DNA of 30,161 nucleotides from Oligoflexus sp. (GTDB lineage Bacteria; Bdellovibrionota_B; Oligoflexia; Oligoflexales; Oligoflexaceae): NCBI GenBank assembly GCA_041736305.1, contig JBGSTX010000322.1, positions 1 to 30,161 of the forward strand, read 5' to 3'. Shown piece by piece: positions 29,639 to 30,161 of this stretch (position 1 is its first letter; each line of letters starts with the position of its first letter). The notes under the pieces were generated by a model. It saw only the letters and a program-made list of their open reading frames with translations, ran no database searches and was not told where the DNA came from. The position numbers and the translations under genes were made by a program.

Positions 29639-29783
29639 GGATGATCTCCGACCTGGGAGATAGATTACTCTCCATTCCTCCCACCGCTGAATCGCTGGGT
29701 ATCCTTGTGAGGCGGTTTATGAAGGCAGCACGAGTCATGCGATGACTTGGCTTGGTGCGGCTTGGATGGTTTGTGCACGTCGC

Positions 29784-30161
29784 ATAAGCCTTGTCACCAA
29801 TGAGTCGCTCAGGAACTTTATCCAGAAATCTGGCTTTAATCGTCTCTTTTACCAGTTTTTGCTCATGAGGATTTGCACTAGCGATAGTGACAGCTATCGG
29901 AAGACCATGAGCATCAGCGATAGCCATTATCTTGCTTCCCTTTCCGCGCTTAGTCTTCCCGACTTTAGAACCCCCTTTTTTCGCAGCCGCGAAGGACCCA
30001 TCGATAAAACTTTCGCGGAAATCTAATTTTTTGCGCCGCCAAAGGTCTTCAGCCATTAGCTTGAGGAGACGCTCTATTAAACCTTCTTTAACCCATTTCT
30101 GAAACCACCGATGAACGGTCTGATAGGGAGGGAACTTGTCAGGTAGACGACGCCACTGCGC
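29784..30161 (-). pseudogene. IS5-family transposase, C-terminally truncated; N-terminus runs off the window
   Basis: Open frame from the window end: AQWRRLPDKFPPYQTVHRWFQKW...FIDGSFAAAKKGG...KRGKGSKIMAIADAHGLP...RLIGDKAY. Similarity stops right after DKAY; the RWxVER region with the catalytic Glu is absent in all frames I read. Confidence 0.88.

Larger units (their letters stand above)
29319..29718 (+). mobile_element. Non-autonomous IS200/IS605-family (IscB/OMEGA-type) element lacking tnpA and iscB
   Basis: Begins GTCAACTACCC with a subterminal hairpin CCCGCCTC-GAAA-GAGGCAGG (29327-29346). Ends with ATTCCTCCCACCGCTGAATCGCTGGGTATCCTTG...TTT, the type of end seen downstream of iscB. Immediately followed by ATGAA (29719-29723). 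Boundaries are uncertain by about 1-2 nt. Confidence 0.78.

Noticed and set aside
29753-29763. TGGTGCGGCTT resembles a conserved stretch I recall from the raiA RNA motif
   Set aside because: Only 11 nt, and the other raiA elements were not found around it.
29481-29783. C-terminal 100 aa of the 191-aa ORF as real transposase sequence
   Set aside because: No IS5 motifs after DKAY; it is mostly the antisense strand of the omega-RNA element.
29774-29786. Minus-strand ATGCGACG at the IS5 breakpoint resembles a group II intron 5' end (GTGCG)
   Set aside because: Imperfect match, with no domain V/VI or reverse transcriptase nearby.
1-30161. CRISPR array, tRNA, rRNA, integrase, T6SS genes; the many remaining short ORFs in the track
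   Set aside because: None were seen by eye. The short ORFs are shadows overlapping well-supported genes.

Overview
Bacterial genomic window. The gene repertoire suggests a deltaproteobacteria-like lineage such as Bdellovibrionota/Oligoflexia, but this is low-confidence inference. Housekeeping blocks are: fabG (partial), fabH-like, M48 peptidase, hemW and a class-III aminotransferase (3-5254); then an RlmK-like methyltransferase, a J-domain protein, uvrC, uvrB, a PAS hybrid histidine kinase and a glutamate-cysteine-ligase-family gene (17307-29151). Two accessory regions stand out. (1) A ~12 kb island (5538-17083) encodes a 1145-aa lipoprotein with a TcA-like C-terminal motif, directly followed by a signal-peptide-bearing SpvB/FG-GAP/RHS protein (fused TcB-TcC architecture). 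That protein ends in a CDI-type putative RNase toxin with an overlapping immunity gene, making this a candidate lipoprotein-anchored, Sec-exported, antibacterial Tc-like toxin complex. (2) A ~400-bp non-coding IS200/IS605-type element (29319-29718) that the ORF track misses. It holds an apparently complete HEARO/omega-RNA scaffold of the IscB (OMEGA) type and both transposon ends, and is followed by an ATGAA TAM-like motif. It has no iscB ORF; a short hairpin module with a T-tract sits in its place. A truncated IS5-family transposase lies next to it at the window end. All family assignments come from motif recognition by eye; no searches were run.
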